Numbered from the stretch's first letter, positions 21,637 through 33,244 are shown. The stretch is 64,000 bases of DNA from Nitrospirales bacterium (GCA_963555755.3 OY820905.2:1024001-1088000); one strand, 5' to 3'. Notes: generated by a model not told the origin, from the sequence alone. Program-made: numbers and translations.

Positions 21637-22584
21637 CTATCGATCAGGATGCAAGGGGTCCTCCGGTTCAAAAAAGAAATCGCCAAGCCCACGAGGCAAG
21701 GCCTGTTCTCCTATCGCACGTTTTCGTTGGCGGGAGAGTCCCTCCAAATCCAAGGCCTCCTCCCCAAGCACTTTGATGAGGGCCTCACGCCACATACCAT
21801 CGCGTGAAATCGGGTGGGAGGAATCTTGCGCTAACCGTTTGACCGCATATTGGAGAAGATGCATGCCATCCCGCACGGAAAACCCTAAATCCAGTTGATG
21901 GGCCTTCTGCAAAAAATCCACGGTGAGCAGCAGGATATCCTGCGGTGCAAAGGGCAAATGATATTGCAGGATGGCCAACTCATGTTCCCTGGTGGGAAAG
22001 TCCAATTTCAGGGTGGGTTGAAGACGGGATAACATGTAGTCGGGCACTTCATACGTGGAGGCATCTTCATTCATCGTGACGCAACAGCGAAAGTCAGGAT
22101 GCGCTTGGATTTGAATGCCGGCAATCACGGATTCCACACACCTGCGGTGATCCAGGAGGGGTGCCAACGAGGCCCAACTCTTCTCATTCATGCGATTGCC
22201 TTCATCAAGCAAGCACACACTTCCGTTGAGCATGGCTGTGACTAACGGTGAGGCTTGGTAGGTAATCGTCCCACCTTCGGCAATGACCGGGGTAATCAAC
22301 AAGTCTTCTGGTCGAGTATCGGCCGTGCATTGATAAATATACATGGCCTGCTTCCGTTCATGTGCCGCCGACATGGCCAAGGTGGTCTTACCAATGCCAG
22401 GCTGACCAATCACACGGGGGCACAGGGGAAGATCTTTGTCCGCGACCACCAACCAACAGGCCAGGAGCTGTTGCAAGATTTCACGGTCGCCGATCCACTC
22501 TTGCTCAGAATGATTGGGTTGGGCTACGCGTAGGGAAATACCTTCAACTTCTACCTGTCGCGGAGATTTTTGATTGGCTGTCAT
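21637..22584 (-). CDS. MoxR-family AAA+ ATPase
   Basis: Walker A GQPGIGKT, Walker B LLDEGNR, HPDFR..TMN. Confidence 0.9.
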   Translation of the reverse strand: MTANQKSPRQVEVEGISLRVAQPNHSEQEWIGDREILQQLLACWLVVADKDLPLCPRVIGQPGIGKTTLAMSAAHERKQAMYIYQCTADTRPEDLLITPVIAEGGTITYQASPLVTAMLNGSVCLLDEGNRMNEKSWASLAPLLDHRRCVESVIAGIQIQAHPDFRCCVTMNEDASTYEVPDYMLSRLQPTLKLDFPTREHELAILQYHLPFAPQDILLLTVDFLQKAHQLDLGFSVRDGMHLLQYAVKRLAQDSSHPISRDGMWREALIKVLGEEALDLEGLSRQRKRAIGEQALPRGLGDFFFEPEDPLHPDR

Positions 22585-22824
22585 CTCACCTCGGAATCAC
22601 ATATTTTGAAAATTCTGTACATATTTTTACCAGAAGACGAAGGTAGCATAGGCCCTACAGCCGGTCAATTGAAGGGATGGACCTACCGTATCTTGGGCCG
22701 GGATCCAATTTGACATTCAAGGATTCTCAATCTATTCTGTCACCCGGTCCCAGTCTTCCAGGGAAGAGTACACACCAATTGAGAAATGATACGTCCACTG
22801 AACAATAGCGGAGGGAATTTGACC

Positions 22825-23445
22825 ATGACCAAATCTCATCATGCAGATGTTACGAAACGTGATCACTCATGGCGAGTCAAGCACATCATCTGCTTGTCGA
22901 TCATCTGCCTCCTGAGCAGTGGTCTGTTTGCGGGCTGTGTCAGCTCAGAAAAATACGAAGCGGAAAAAGCGCGGGCCTTGAACTTTCAACGCCTGTTAGC
23001 CCAAGAAGAAAAGCGCACCGGCGAATTGAATACCCAAGTCCAAGGAAGCAAACGCCAGCTCGCTTCCATCGACGCTCAAAATAAAGACCTGACGATTGAA
23101 CTCGATGCCCTACGGGATCAAATGAGTCGGCAAGACAAAAATATGGACAGCATGGGATCAGATTCGGGGCTATCCGATCTTTCCTCAGGATCGGATTTAA
23201 CCTTATCCGAACCCTCACTGTCGGAATTTGGGCTGAGTGACCTGTCGTTTGATGAATCGGATTTTAGGGATTTTGGTGAAGTGAGTGGAGGCGGAGAGTC
23301 AACGTCGTACACGGTCGTACGAGGCGATACGCTCTACGGAATCTCTAGACAGTTTGGAGTCACCGTGGGGCAACTCAAAAATTGGAACAATATTTTCGGC
23401 GACACGATTTCCATTGGCCAACGGCTCACCGTCAGTGAACCCTAA
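22825..23445 (+). CDS. Coiled-coil LysM-domain lipoprotein
   Basis: Lipobox FAGC; C-terminal YTVVRGDTLYGIS...LKNWN. Confidence 0.9.
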   Translation: MTKSHHADVTKRDHSWRVKHIICLSIICLLSSGLFAGCVSSEKYEAEKARALNFQRLLAQEEKRTGELNTQVQGSKRQLASIDAQNKDLTIELDALRDQMSRQDKNMDSMGSDSGLSDLSSGSDLTLSEPSLSEFGLSDLSFDESDFRDFGEVSGGGESTSYTVVRGDTLYGISRQFGVTVGQLKNWNNIFGDTISIGQRLTVSEP

Positions 23446-23625
23446 GGACCTGAGAGAAAATAACTTGAACAATTTCGCATCCAATCTTCGGGCCATCTTT
23501 GAACGGGCCTCAATCGAAACACCCTCAACATAGCTGTGCTATGCCTCGGGTGTTTCTCAATCGTTCCGTCCAAATCCAACCCAAATCTAGGCGCGAAATT
23601 GTTCAAGTTATTTTCTCTCAGGTCC
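23446..23625. mobile_element. 180-bp MITE (GGACCTGAGAG family), copy 1
   Basis: Long IR GGACCTGAGAGAAAATAACTTGAACAATTTCGC; flanked by TAA/TAA. Confidence 0.9.
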
Positions 23626-23656
23626 TAAGCCTTCCCCTTGGTTTCTTTCAACTACA

Positions 23657-23797
23657 GGGCACCTCTACAAACCGTCCTTTTCCGTGATGGCGGCGTCAGC
23701 CGCGTGCTCACATCCTCATGTATTCGCCCATACACTCCGGTTTTCCGCGCGCGGCTTCCTTGCCCTCACAAAAAATGCCGGGTTTGTAGAGGTGCCC
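23657..23797. mobile_element. 141-bp MITE, copy 2
   Basis: Same sequence as 14614; TSD TACA. Confidence 0.9.
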
Positions 23798-23875
23798 TAC
23801 AGTCTGTTAGCGAAATGGTCTTGGAAAAAATCATTTTCTTTGACTGGTGAGAGAGGGACCGAGGATTTCAGCTAG

Positions 23876-24035
23876 GAGCCTGTCCGAGATTAGCAATCGT
23901 CACGAGGGTGTGCGGGTTTGAGTCAGATGTTTCGATCGTTTGAGGCGAATAGTGGGACTATTCAACAAAAAGGATCGGAAGATCTGGCCAAATCCCGCAC
24001 ATCCGCAGTAGATTCGGCTAATCTCGGACAGGCTC
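23876..24035. mobile_element. 160-bp MITE (GAGCCTGTCCGAG family, IS5-like)
   Basis: IR GAGCCTGTCCGAGATTAGC; TSD CTAG. Confidence 0.9.
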
Positions 24036-24239
24036 CTAGGCCGAGGTGTTAAATTTTGCCGCGTCTATCACGGACCATAAATGAATGATCCAGCCAAGAA
24101 GCACAAACCACAATGCCGCAGCCAAGACAAACTGAATAGCCGCTCGTCCTAAGCGCCCTTGCAACAGTTGCCCCAATCCCGGAATAAAAAGACTACACAG
24201 TGCTGCGAGTACATTTCCCCCAGATCCCTGACCAGACAT
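24036..24239 (-). CDS. Small membrane protein (67 aa)
   Basis: AALCSLFIPGLGQL motif; GAGGAG RBS. Confidence 0.8.
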   Translation of the reverse strand: MSGQGSGGNVLAALCSLFIPGLGQLLQGRLGRAAIQFVLAAALWFVLLGWIIHLWSVIDAAKFNTSA

Positions 24240-24271
24240 TGCCGACTCCTCTCCACCCACCAAACCCATTA

Positions 24272-24412
24272 GGGCACCTCTAAAAACCGTCCTTTTCCGT
24301 GATGGCGGCGTCAGCCGCGTGCTCAAATCCTCATGTATTCGCCCATACACTCCGGTTTTCCGCGCGCGGCTTCCTTGCCCTCACAAAAAATGCCTGGTTT
24401 TTAGAGGTGCCC
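24272..24412. mobile_element. 141-bp MITE, copy 3
   Basis: Same sequence; flanks ATTA/ATTG. Confidence 0.9.
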
Positions 24413-24493
24413 ATTGCATGCAGCAACAAAGGGTACACCGTCTTTTTCCATTAGCACTTCCGCACTATCGCATGTTTAACAATCAATATCTAG

Positions 24494-24896
24494 GAGCCTG
24501 TCCGAGATTAGCGATCGTGAAGAGGAGGTGCTGGTTTGAGTCAGATGTTTCGATCGTTTGAGGCGAATAGTGGGACTATTCAACGAAAACGGGAAATGTT
24601 CAAAAAGCATGCCCTCGCGGAGGCGGGGGGCCGTCCAGCAAGGCCGCAGGGCTTCCCGGCCTTCGTAGCCAAAGGCTACTTCGACGGAGTAGCCTTGGCA
24701 CGCGGAGCGTACACGGAGTACGTGAGCACACCAAAAGCCCGAGAACGCAGCTGGCTTGTCTGCCGTAGCCTTGGCGAAGGCTGGCGGCCCCCCGCCTCCG
24801 CGAGGGCATGCTTTTTCAACATTTCCCGAAAAGGATCGGAAGATCTGGCCACATCCAGCACACCCGCAATAGATCAGTCTAATCTTGGACAGGCTC
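24494..24896. mobile_element. GAGCCTGTCC-family MITE with a nested 239-bp MITE (24590-24828)
   Basis: Outer TSD CTAG; inner IR CGGGAAATGTTCAAAAAGCATGCCCTCGCGGAGGCGGGGGGCCG with TSD AAAA. Confidence 0.9.
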
Positions 24897-25085
24897 CTAG
24901 TGTCCTGACTTCAGAAATTCCATTACATTCCGTTCGTGGTAAAAGTTTACCCTGAATGCTCAGGACATGCTTCTTCACCATTCCGGTAAATTTTGGCTAT
25001 ATTCTTCTGGGTGATCGTGCCATAGTACCCCATCAACTTTCGCCATTTTTAACACCCACCATCAGGCGGCAATTACTCCCATCCT

Positions 25086-25661
25086 ATGACGATCTCCCTC
25101 GCCACCGATCCGCAAAAAAAACTGTTGTACATCATAGCATTTTTCGTCGCCCTCTATCTCATGATGGAGATAAGCGGCCTACGATCACAGATCGCGCCTG
25201 GAGCCATTAAAGAGATATTTCTCCGGCACACGGTTTTGGGGTTGTTCTTTTTTTGTCTGGCCTACAGTGTTGGCAACCTGGTGTACATACCAGGTTGGAT
25301 ATTTTTGGTAGGGGCCGTATTTGCCTTGGGGAAAGAATGGGGAGGAATGGCTACTTTCCTGGCAGCACTGTGCTCCGCCTCTATAAGTTTTTTCCTTATC
25401 CGATCAGTTGGAGGAACCGCTTTACGAAGCCGCAAAAACAAATGGGCCGATCGTATTTTTTCACATTTAGATCAACGTCCCATTATATCCGTCGCCATTC
25501 TTCGCTTACTGTTTCAAACTCTGCCTGCCATAAACTACGCGTTGGCTCTAACCGACCTACGATTTCGACACTACATGATTGGCACCCTTATCGGGTTGCC
25601 CCTGCCCATCTTTTTGTACTGCTACTTTTTTGAAACTATTTTCCAGTACCTGCTGAATTGA
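25086..25661 (+). CDS. TVP38/TMEM64 (DedA/VTT) membrane protein
   Basis: Hydrophobic; IPGW...GAVF, LRLL...INYAL, YMIGTLIGLP. Confidence 0.85.
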   Translation: MTISLATDPQKKLLYIIAFFVALYLMMEISGLRSQIAPGAIKEIFLRHTVLGLFFFCLAYSVGNLVYIPGWIFLVGAVFALGKEWGGMATFLAALCSASISFFLIRSVGGTALRSRKNKWADRIFSHLDQRPIISVAILRLLFQTLPAINYALALTDLRFRHYMIGTLIGLPLPIFLYCYFFETIFQYLLN

Positions 25662-25695
25662 ATCACGCCGAGCTACCACGAGAACTATTGCTCCA

Positions 25696-26637
25696 ATGAT
25701 TACCGAATTTGTCATCACCTCAGGCGAAACCCGGAAACGGCTCGATGTATTTCTCTGCCACCGCGAACCGGATATTTCACGTACAGGGATTCAGCGATTA
25801 ATTGAGTTGGGCCGAATCCGACTGAACACCTTCGTCGTCAAACCAAGCCACATCATCAAACCAGGCGACCGCATCACCATGGACACGCCCCAACCAGAAC
25901 CCTTAACCATCGATGGAGAGACGCTGCCCCTTGATATTCTTTATGAAGACGACACGGTACTCGTCATCAATAAACCAGCAGGCATCGTCGTGCACCCAAC
26001 TTCTGGAAATTGGTCAGGGACCTTACTGAACGCTCTCCTTTCACACTTTCAAAGCAATGAAGCAAACCAAAGCGCTAGGAAGGAAACACCCAAACCGGGA
26101 TTGGTTCATCGGTTAGACAAACATACATCAGGGGTCATGGTTATTACCAAAACGGCCGCAGCCCATCGTTCACTCACTTCCCAGTTCGAGCAGCACACGA
26201 TTACTCGGGTGTACGAAGCGTTGATTTGGGGCAAGCCCAAAGACAAAACAGGGGTGATTCAGTTGCCAATCGGCCAAGATGTGAAAAACCACAAATTAAT
26301 CTCACCACAAACCGATCAGCCGAAGCATGCCATCACGGAGTATCACGTGATACAACATTTTGAGGAAACAGCATCGCACGTACGGCTCTCCCCACGAACA
26401 GGCAGAACCCATCAACTGCGCGTACACATGGCATCAATCAATTGCCCAATCTTAGGAGATACCACCTATGGCAGAGAAAAGGTGAGCCACATAGAAGGGA
26501 TTCCCATCCCTCGTGTCATGCTCCACGCACGAATACTAGGCTTTCATCATCCTTCTCTAGGAACCTTCCAAGAATATTCAGCGGACTTGCCCTCTGATAT
26601 GCAGCAAATTGGTCAAACATTAAAAAGCCAATCCTAA
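25696..26637 (+). CDS. RluA-family pseudouridine synthase (RluD-like)
   Basis: S4 domain, NKPAGIVVHP, HRLDKHTSG, TGRTHQLRVH. Confidence 0.95.
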   Translation: MITEFVITSGETRKRLDVFLCHREPDISRTGIQRLIELGRIRLNTFVVKPSHIIKPGDRITMDTPQPEPLTIDGETLPLDILYEDDTVLVINKPAGIVVHPTSGNWSGTLLNALLSHFQSNEANQSARKETPKPGLVHRLDKHTSGVMVITKTAAAHRSLTSQFEQHTITRVYEALIWGKPKDKTGVIQLPIGQDVKNHKLISPQTDQPKHAITEYHVIQHFEETASHVRLSPRTGRTHQLRVHMASINCPILGDTTYGREKVSHIEGIPIPRVMLHARILGFHHPSLGTFQEYSADLPSDMQQIGQTLKSQS

Positions 26638-26748
26638 AGCTATCATTTACTGACGACTGAAACATTTCAAAGCTCCTTCGCCCCTGTGGGGAGAGGGTTG
26701 GGGTGAGGGGGCATTTCGCCAAAAGGTTACAACACGAAAATAAATGAC

Positions 26749-27705
26749 TTAACTACCAACTCGTTTAGGATGGTTTGAAACATTATGATGGGGATTCCCA
26801 CGCAAGCTCGAATGCTCAAATCGCTGACCCTTGACATCAACCTTCCAGTGCCAGAATTCGCCGTTCCCCGTTGAGGAAATTTCCGCAAGGATGCGATTGC
26901 CTCGATCCACCGTTACTGGTTTCTCAAGCGGAAAGAACGCCAACCCCCAATGAGAACCTTTATCACTAGGTCCATTCGATATTCGTAACCCAGGCATCAG
27001 GTCGGCATTGAACCAACCAGCCAACCCATGGCACCGTCCTCGGCGTGAGGCATAGAACGAAACCTTGGTGTCAATTTCCGCGTGTTTCGTCTCAGCAAAC
27101 ACAATAGGTTCCACCCGGACAGGCTCACTCAGAAAGGTTCCTTCATGCAACTTCAAAGGATGGAAGTTGTTCACGGTCAGTTCCCGGATTGGAGAGAAGT
27201 CAAACCCTTGGCAGCCATTGATCCAAAAATCGACCACATGCTCATAGAACTGTGGCATCTCAACCGGGACTAAAAATAACTCCACACTATGGGGAATTAG
27301 CTTACCGCCTGGTTTAAGAAACCGATCACGCGCATCGGCCAGTGAACCCAAAATGCCTTCCTCGAATCCGAACGTCCCCATGGTCTCGGTCACAATCACG
27401 TCAGCTTGTTCGGGTAGCTCAACAGCAAAGGATACGTCATTGAAAAAAGTGATTTTATCTTGGAACCCATTCTTGGCAGCGACAAGTTTGGCCATCTCGA
27501 TCACGGCTTCGCTCTCAATGGCATACACATGTCGTGCCCCCGCACGGCACGCCAAAAACGAAAGAATGCCCGATCCGCAACCAATATCGACAACCACATC
27601 TCCTGCCCTAACAACCCTAGAAATCGCCTGACCATAAGAGCCAGTCCGAACATCATCCACCAGCATAGACAGGTGGTAATTAATAAAATCCGTATACTTG
27701 GTCAT
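26749..27705 (-). CDS. PRMT-like SAM-dependent methyltransferase
   Basis: MLVDDVRT, VDIGCGSGILS, double-E loop TETMGTFGFEE, GWF, SHW. Confidence 0.8.
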   Translation of the reverse strand: MTKYTDFINYHLSMLVDDVRTGSYGQAISRVVRAGDVVVDIGCGSGILSFLACRAGARHVYAIESEAVIEMAKLVAAKNGFQDKITFFNDVSFAVELPEQADVIVTETMGTFGFEEGILGSLADARDRFLKPGGKLIPHSVELFLVPVEMPQFYEHVVDFWINGCQGFDFSPIRELTVNNFHPLKLHEGTFLSEPVRVEPIVFAETKHAEIDTKVSFYASRRGRCHGLAGWFNADLMPGLRISNGPSDKGSHWGLAFFPLEKPVTVDRGNRILAEISSTGNGEFWHWKVDVKGQRFEHSSLRGNPHHNVSNHPKRVGS

Positions 27706-27910
27706 AGACGTTCAACAACTCGTGTGGTAGCCCATTGGGTTCCGGACGCAGTCACCCAAGCCTAACGCCTGCTTTGACGCGAAGGCAAGTTACACTTCTT
27801 CCTGTTCAGAGATTATTTCAGATAACCCGGTCAAGGTTGGTTTGACGTATAGTAATAAAAAATGGGGTCAGACTCGATTAAAATGTTAATTCTCCCTCAG
27901 CCATTCTTTA

Positions 27911-29134
27911 TTATTTACCGAGTATTACATACGCCAATTTCCCAACCGCCTCAACAAGTTCTTCATCTGTGGTGAGGATGTCGGGACATATTCGAATGAG
28001 TCCGTCTCTGGCATCGACGATAATCTTGAGTTTCTTGAGCTGAGAGGCGACCGCATCTGCGGATTTATCTGCAATGGCGAGAAATGCACCTCGCCGATCC
28101 GCTTGGCCGATCGGTTGTATGTAGTGTTCTTCCAACAGCTCCATAAGCCGTGCCTGCAGTTTGCGTGAATAGGCTCGTAGTCGATCGACGCCCATCGCTA
28201 AGGTAAACGTCAACCCGGCTTTGGCGTGATAATACGGTAAGATCGGCGGTGTCGACTCAAGAAAGGCATTGCCCCCCTCGGCAAACTGTGCCACCTCAGG
28301 GCGCAGAAATTCAAATGGCTTGGGTTGAGCAAACCAGCCAGTATCGAGTGTCATCAGGGAACCCGTGAGATGGCGGGGGTGCACATACAACCAACAAGCG
28401 CCGGGTCCTCCGCGCAGGTATTTATAACACCCACCGATGGCAAAGTCTGCGCCTAGCGATCCAATATCCACTGGGATCACACCTACGGCATGATAAAGGT
28501 CAACTAACACTCGTGCACCACGTGCCTGTGCTTCGCTAATCAATTGGGAAAGCTCGATTAAATACTGACCAGTGGTGAATAAAACCATAGACACGACGAC
28601 TAATGATGTATTCTGCCCAACTGCCGCGAGAATATCTTCCTCATGATACACACCATGGTCATCAGGCCCGACACGAATCAATTCAATCCGATCACGTTGG
28701 GCATAGACTTTGAGGATATGATCGATGGAGCCAAACTCGGCGGTCGTCGTGACGATTGGGATCTTTTCGTCGTAACAATTCAGGATGGCGCGCAAACCTT
28801 GACCGGCACTGCTCTTAGGAATAATGCAGTCTTCGCGTGGTGCATGAATCAGTTGGGCAATCCGCCCGCGAAACGATTGAATTTCAGCGAGCCAGTTATC
28901 CCAGGCCCCGTCCATATTTTCGTACCAAAGGTCTAGCGCCTGTTGAACATCCGTTGCGGTTTGGTCCGGTGGACGCCCTAAGGAATGATTGGCAAGGTAG
29001 ATCTCTTCACGTTGTAAGACGCGTGAAAACAAGGGATGGATAGACTGAACCAGGGCACTTTCTTCTAAGGGCCCTGACCCAAGTGCAGCCACATGTTCCT
29101 GAATCCCCTCACCCGCCGATTTCAGTACGGACAT
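27911..29134 (-). CDS. kynU: Kynureninase (class V PLP enzyme)
   Basis: [28 protein letters not shown]; overlaps the TDO gene. Confidence 0.8.
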   Translation of the reverse strand: MSVLKSAGEGIQEHVAALGSGPLEESALVQSIHPLFSRVLQREEIYLANHSLGRPPDQTATDVQQALDLWYENMDGAWDNWLAEIQSFRGRIAQLIHAPREDCIIPKSSAGQGLRAILNCYDEKIPIVTTTAEFGSIDHILKVYAQRDRIELIRVGPDDHGVYHEEDILAAVGQNTSLVVVSMVLFTTGQYLIELSQLISEAQARGARVLVDLYHAVGVIPVDIGSLGADFAIGGCYKYLRGGPGACWLYVHPRHLTGSLMTLDTGWFAQPKPFEFLRPEVAQFAEGGNAFLESTPPILPYYHAKAGLTFTLAMGVDRLRAYSRKLQARLMELLEEHYIQPIGQADRRGAFLAIADKSADAVASQLKKLKIIVDARDGLIRICPDILTTDEELVEAVGKLAYVILGK

Positions 29135-29966
29135 CGAAGAGCTCCGGGAAAAAAGTTATATCGAGGGCCTGTTTGAGATATCCGACACCTGAGGACCCGC
29201 CAGTCCCACGCTTATAACCGATGATTCGCTCCACCGTCTTTAAATGACGAAAGCGCCACAGGTGAAAGTTTTCTTCTACATCGACCAACTTCTCACACAT
29301 TTCATACTCGCTCCATTGGTCTTCCGGGTGATCATAGATCTGCTTAAAAACCGGGACGAGCTTCGGATTACGGACATGCGGTTTGGACCAATCCCGCTCC
29401 TGGCATTCTTCAGGGATAGGATACCCGCTGCGAGTGAGGTATCGTAGAAATTCATCGTAAATGCTGGGCTCATGCAGGATCTGTGTAATCTCTTGGTACA
29501 AGGAATCGCTGTACCGAAACACCTCAGCCACTTCCGCGTTTTTATTTCCGAGCATAAATTCAATTTCCCGGTATTGAACCGACTGAAATCCGGAGGCATT
29601 GGCCAACACCTTCCGAAACTGGGCATATTCATTGGGCGTGAGTGTCTCCAATACCGCCCATTGTTCGAATAATTGTCTTTGAATCTGTTTGACACGAGAC
29701 AGGATCTTAAAACACGGGTCGAGATTATCCTGTTGAATATATCCGATGGCGGCCTGCAGCTCATGCAGGATCAGCTTCATCCACAATTCTGAGGTTTGAT
29801 GCTGAATGATAAAGAGCAGCTCATCATGATGAAGAGGATCACTCAGGGGCTTCTGAGAAGACAACAACAGATCCAGTTGGAGATACCCCTCATAGGTCAG
29901 TTGACCACGGAGATCGAGTTTGATCCCCTTTTCAAGACCTGGATTACTTTTCTCAGAATCACTCAT
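29109..29966 (-). CDS. kynA: Tryptophan 2,3-dioxygenase
   Basis: [35 protein letters not shown]. Confidence 0.97.
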   Translation of the reverse strand: MSDSEKSNPGLEKGIKLDLRGQLTYEGYLQLDLLLSSQKPLSDPLHHDELLFIIQHQTSELWMKLILHELQAAIGYIQQDNLDPCFKILSRVKQIQRQLFEQWAVLETLTPNEYAQFRKVLANASGFQSVQYREIEFMLGNKNAEVAEVFRYSDSLYQEITQILHEPSIYDEFLRYLTRSGYPIPEECQERDWSKPHVRNPKLVPVFKQIYDHPEDQWSEYEMCEKLVDVEENFHLWRFRHLKTVERIIGYKRGTGGSSGVGYLKQALDITFFPELFDVRTEIGG

Positions 29967-30144
29967 TCCATCTTTTCCGGGAAAGCCAAATTCGCTTACG
30001 CTGCTCAATTTATTTTGTGATAGCTGGGAACACTTCAGCCCATGCAGTCCCTTCGAAGGTAGAATACCTCAGGCGTCTTATTAAACCAATCAAATACGCA
30101 TTAGACGTCATGTCCATGTATTGCCCCTTTCTGAAGAGTAAACC

Positions 30145-30499
30145 GGATCAATCCCAATTTTGGTGGAGTAAGGCGAAACCCTATGACACTCCGCCCGTAT
30201 CACCCCTCGTCCATTGTCATTTTGACCCTTGGGAGAACTCTCCCCCATTCCCGCCCGGGTCACGTTCTTTCGGGCCAAGAGATTTCTCCTTGCACTCGAA
30301 ATGACAGAAGGAAGCCTTCTAGTTGTTCATCCAACCAGACTTGCTCCTTACCACTTCCGCCTCTTGTCATTTCGACCCTTGGGAGAAATCTCGCCATTCC
30401 TGCCACGCCTGAGCAGGCTGTTCACCCCTCAACACGGTCCCCATGACCTGCAGCGGGCCATGGAATAGGTCCCAATTCCACCAAAATGGCAACTGGTCC
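30145..30499. mobile_element. 355-bp MITE (GGATCAAT family)
   Basis: IRs; TSD AGTAAACC; near-identical to 34233-34587. Confidence 0.92.
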
Positions 30500-30609
30500 A
30501 GTAAACCCCTCACCCTACCCTCTCCCCTCAGGGGCGAGGGAAAATTTTCAACTGATGAAAGAAAAAAATTTCCAATGGCGCCAAGACAACATCTCGGCCC
30601 AAAAATCTG

Positions 30610-31443
30610 TTACCCGTCGAGCACGCTGGATATGGGCTGAAATAGGTCACCCTCATAGCCAGTCGTTAGCTCAACGTGGCCTAAGTGAGGGTTGGCTTGT
30701 TGATGACGTGTTTCAATGTTGAAGTTGGCAGGAATATGATATTCGGTCATGAGAAAGTTGGCTAATTCCACACGCGACACAGCACGAGTCGATGCGACAT
30801 GGCGGATCCCTGTCTCCTCGCTTTGAGCAAGTTGCATGACACGCGGCGCTAAATCGCGCTGCCAAATAACAGATCGATATTCATCTTCAATGATCGTGAT
30901 GGGCAGATTACGTTTGGTACGATAACGCAACCAATCCAAATGTCCGGTGCGTCCATCTGGGGACTCACCAATCCCAAGCCCCGTACGAATCACCAAAGAC
31001 CCTGGCCTTTTCAACACCAATTGCTCCGCTTCGACACGGGTTCGTCCATACACACTTATGGGCGAAGGGATGGACTCTTCTGAATACACGCCATCTCCAC
31101 CAAAGACATGATCGGATGACACATAGACCAACCGTGTGTGCCCGGGCAAAGCCGCGATCACATGATCGAGTTGCTGCACATTCATCTCATACGCCCAACC
31201 AGGCGAAGCCTCACACTTCGACACATCACACACCGCATGACAATACCACAGAACGTCTGGTTGCGTTCGCTGAAACACCTCAGCAACCCAGACTAAATCA
31301 TGAAGTTGAAGTGCAGGCCACTGGCGAACGGCTTTCGCCGTATTACCGGGAGAGATAAATGGCAGCACCGTCTTGGGAAACATCGTGGCAAGATGAAAGC
31401 CAAGTAACGATGTTGCACCAAATAGAAGAGATGGGGAAAACAT
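30610..31443 (-). CDS. RmlD-like SDR / sugar-nucleotide-binding protein
   Basis: GATSLLG, VSSDHVFGG, YGRTR..AE. Confidence 0.8.
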   Translation of the reverse strand: MFSPSLLFGATSLLGFHLATMFPKTVLPFISPGNTAKAVRQWPALQLHDLVWVAEVFQRTQPDVLWYCHAVCDVSKCEASPGWAYEMNVQQLDHVIAALPGHTRLVYVSSDHVFGGDGVYSEESIPSPISVYGRTRVEAEQLVLKRPGSLVIRTGLGIGESPDGRTGHLDWLRYRTKRNLPITIIEDEYRSVIWQRDLAPRVMQLAQSEETGIRHVASTRAVSRVELANFLMTEYHIPANFNIETRHQQANPHLGHVELTTGYEGDLFQPISSVLDG

Positions 31444-31519
31444 AAGGCCAATTCATCAGGAGGAAGGAAACTATCAGGAAGGTAATATTTTTGTAAAGAA
31501 AAGGCAATGTGTCATTTTA

Positions 31520-31684
31520 TCCTAGAAACGCCAGTTGGGCGCAAAACAGCCGTGTAAGATATTGGTGGGCATGGTGAAATACAAAAAGTCGTGGTCACCT
31601 TGGTGGTAATAAGACATTTTTTTATTTTGCCAGGTGCATCAAGAGCTTGCGCGGACTTTTGTGATCCAACTGCCGTTTCTAGGT
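31520..31684. mobile_element. 165-bp MITE (TCCTAGA family)
   Basis: IR TCCTAGAAACG..AGTTGG; inverted homologue at 54434-54598. Confidence 0.85.
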
Positions 31685-31762
31685 TGAGTAGCATGCTCCT
31701 TTTAGAATGAAAAAATAAGGAAAAGAATTATCTTACCCCCGTTTCACAAATCCCCTTTGGTC

Positions 31763-33244
31763 TTACTTTAGAATCTCCTCATGTTTGGGAACACGTCGAG
31801 CCATGCCCGTTTCCTGCGCGGCATTGGCGACGGCTTTGGCGATGGCAGGGACCACCTTTTTATCAAAGACGCTTGGAATAATATAATCTTCATTGAGCGC
31901 ATCATCGGAAATCACGTTCGCCAATGCTTCAGCCGCGGCCAATTTCATGGCCTTGTTGATTTCTTTGGCCTGCACATCCAATGCCCCACGGAAAAGTCCG
32001 GGAAAGGCAAGAAGGTTATTGCTTTGGTTCGGATAATCCGATCGTCCACTCGCATAAATGCGGCATTTTTTTGATGCGGCTTCTGGCGAAATTTCTGGCT
32101 CAGGATTGGAAAGGGCAAAGACAATGGCATCAGGCGCCATAGGATTCAAATCGTCGGACTTCAGAATGTTTCCGGTGGAAAGCCCAATAAACACATCTGC
32201 ATCTTTCAAGGCATCTTGCAACGTCCCGGTTGGCTGATCGTAGTGAATGAAGTTGGTAAGATGATCATGTGTCGATCGAAGAACATCCATGCGTTCATCC
32301 AAAACCAACCCTTTTATGTCGCATCCCATGACCTGCCCCACACCGGCGGAAATTAACAACTGGCAACACGCCGTACCTGCAGCACCCAAGCCGTTGACCA
32401 CCACCTTGGTCTGATCGAGCTGGCGGTTGGTGACTTTTAACGCGTTCCGTAACGCCGCCAAAATCACGACCGCGGTACCATGTTGATCATCATGCATCAC
32501 GGGAATATCGAGAGTGGCCTGCAACCGTCGTTCAATTTCAAAACACCGAGGGGCGCTGATGTCTTCGAGATTAATGCCCCCAAATCCTGAAGCAATGTTG
32601 GTAATGGTCTGAATAATCTCATCAGGGTCCCGCGTACTGAGGCAAATGGGCCACGCATCGATTCCCGCGAACTGTTGAAACAGCATCACTTTCCCCTCCA
32701 TCACCGGAAGCGCGGCTGCAGACCCAAGATCCCCGAGTCCTAAAATAGCTGAACCATCGGTCACGACAGCGACGCAATTACTTTTGATCGTGAAGCGATA
32801 CGCCAAGTTTGGATCTTTGGCGATGGCTTGCGACACGCGACCGACACCAGGAGTGTAGGCCATGGAAAGCGTGTTCCGGGTGGTAATTTGAAACTTGCTC
32901 CCCATTTTAATTTTTCCACCAAGGTGTAACATGAAAATCCGATCCGACGCAGAGAGCACTTTGACGTCAGGAAGTTTACCAAGCCGGTCAAGCACTCGCT
33001 GTGCATGCTCTTCACTTTTAGTATCCAGCGTGATGTCTCGCACCACCTTGGTCTTGGTGGCTGACACCATATCCACAGCCCCAATGCTTGCGCCTTCTTC
33101 GGCCAGGAGATTGGCCAGTATGGCAAACACGCCAGGTCGCTGCGTGAGTTCGAGACGAACGGCTAACCGGTAATTGAAATAGGGACCAATATCTTTTTCC
33201 GGACGATAGGAATCTTTACTGAGACCAAGCCAACGCCAAATCAT
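31763..33244 (-). CDS. NAD(P)-dependent malic enzyme with N-terminal ACT domain
   Basis: AYTPGVG, VTDGSAILGLG, PVMEGK, HDDQHGTA, SGRSDYPNQ. Confidence 0.95.
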   Translation of the reverse strand: MIWRWLGLSKDSYRPEKDIGPYFNYRLAVRLELTQRPGVFAILANLLAEEGASIGAVDMVSATKTKVVRDITLDTKSEEHAQRVLDRLGKLPDVKVLSASDRIFMLHLGGKIKMGSKFQITTRNTLSMAYTPGVGRVSQAIAKDPNLAYRFTIKSNCVAVVTDGSAILGLGDLGSAAALPVMEGKVMLFQQFAGIDAWPICLSTRDPDEIIQTITNIASGFGGINLEDISAPRCFEIERRLQATLDIPVMHDDQHGTAVVILAALRNALKVTNRQLDQTKVVVNGLGAAGTACCQLLISAGVGQVMGCDIKGLVLDERMDVLRSTHDHLTNFIHYDQPTGTLQDALKDADVFIGLSTGNILKSDDLNPMAPDAIVFALSNPEPEISPEAASKKCRIYASGRSDYPNQSNNLLAFPGLFRGALDVQAKEINKAMKLAAAEALANVISDDALNEDYIIPSVFDKKVVPAIAKAVANAAQETGMARRVPKHEEILK

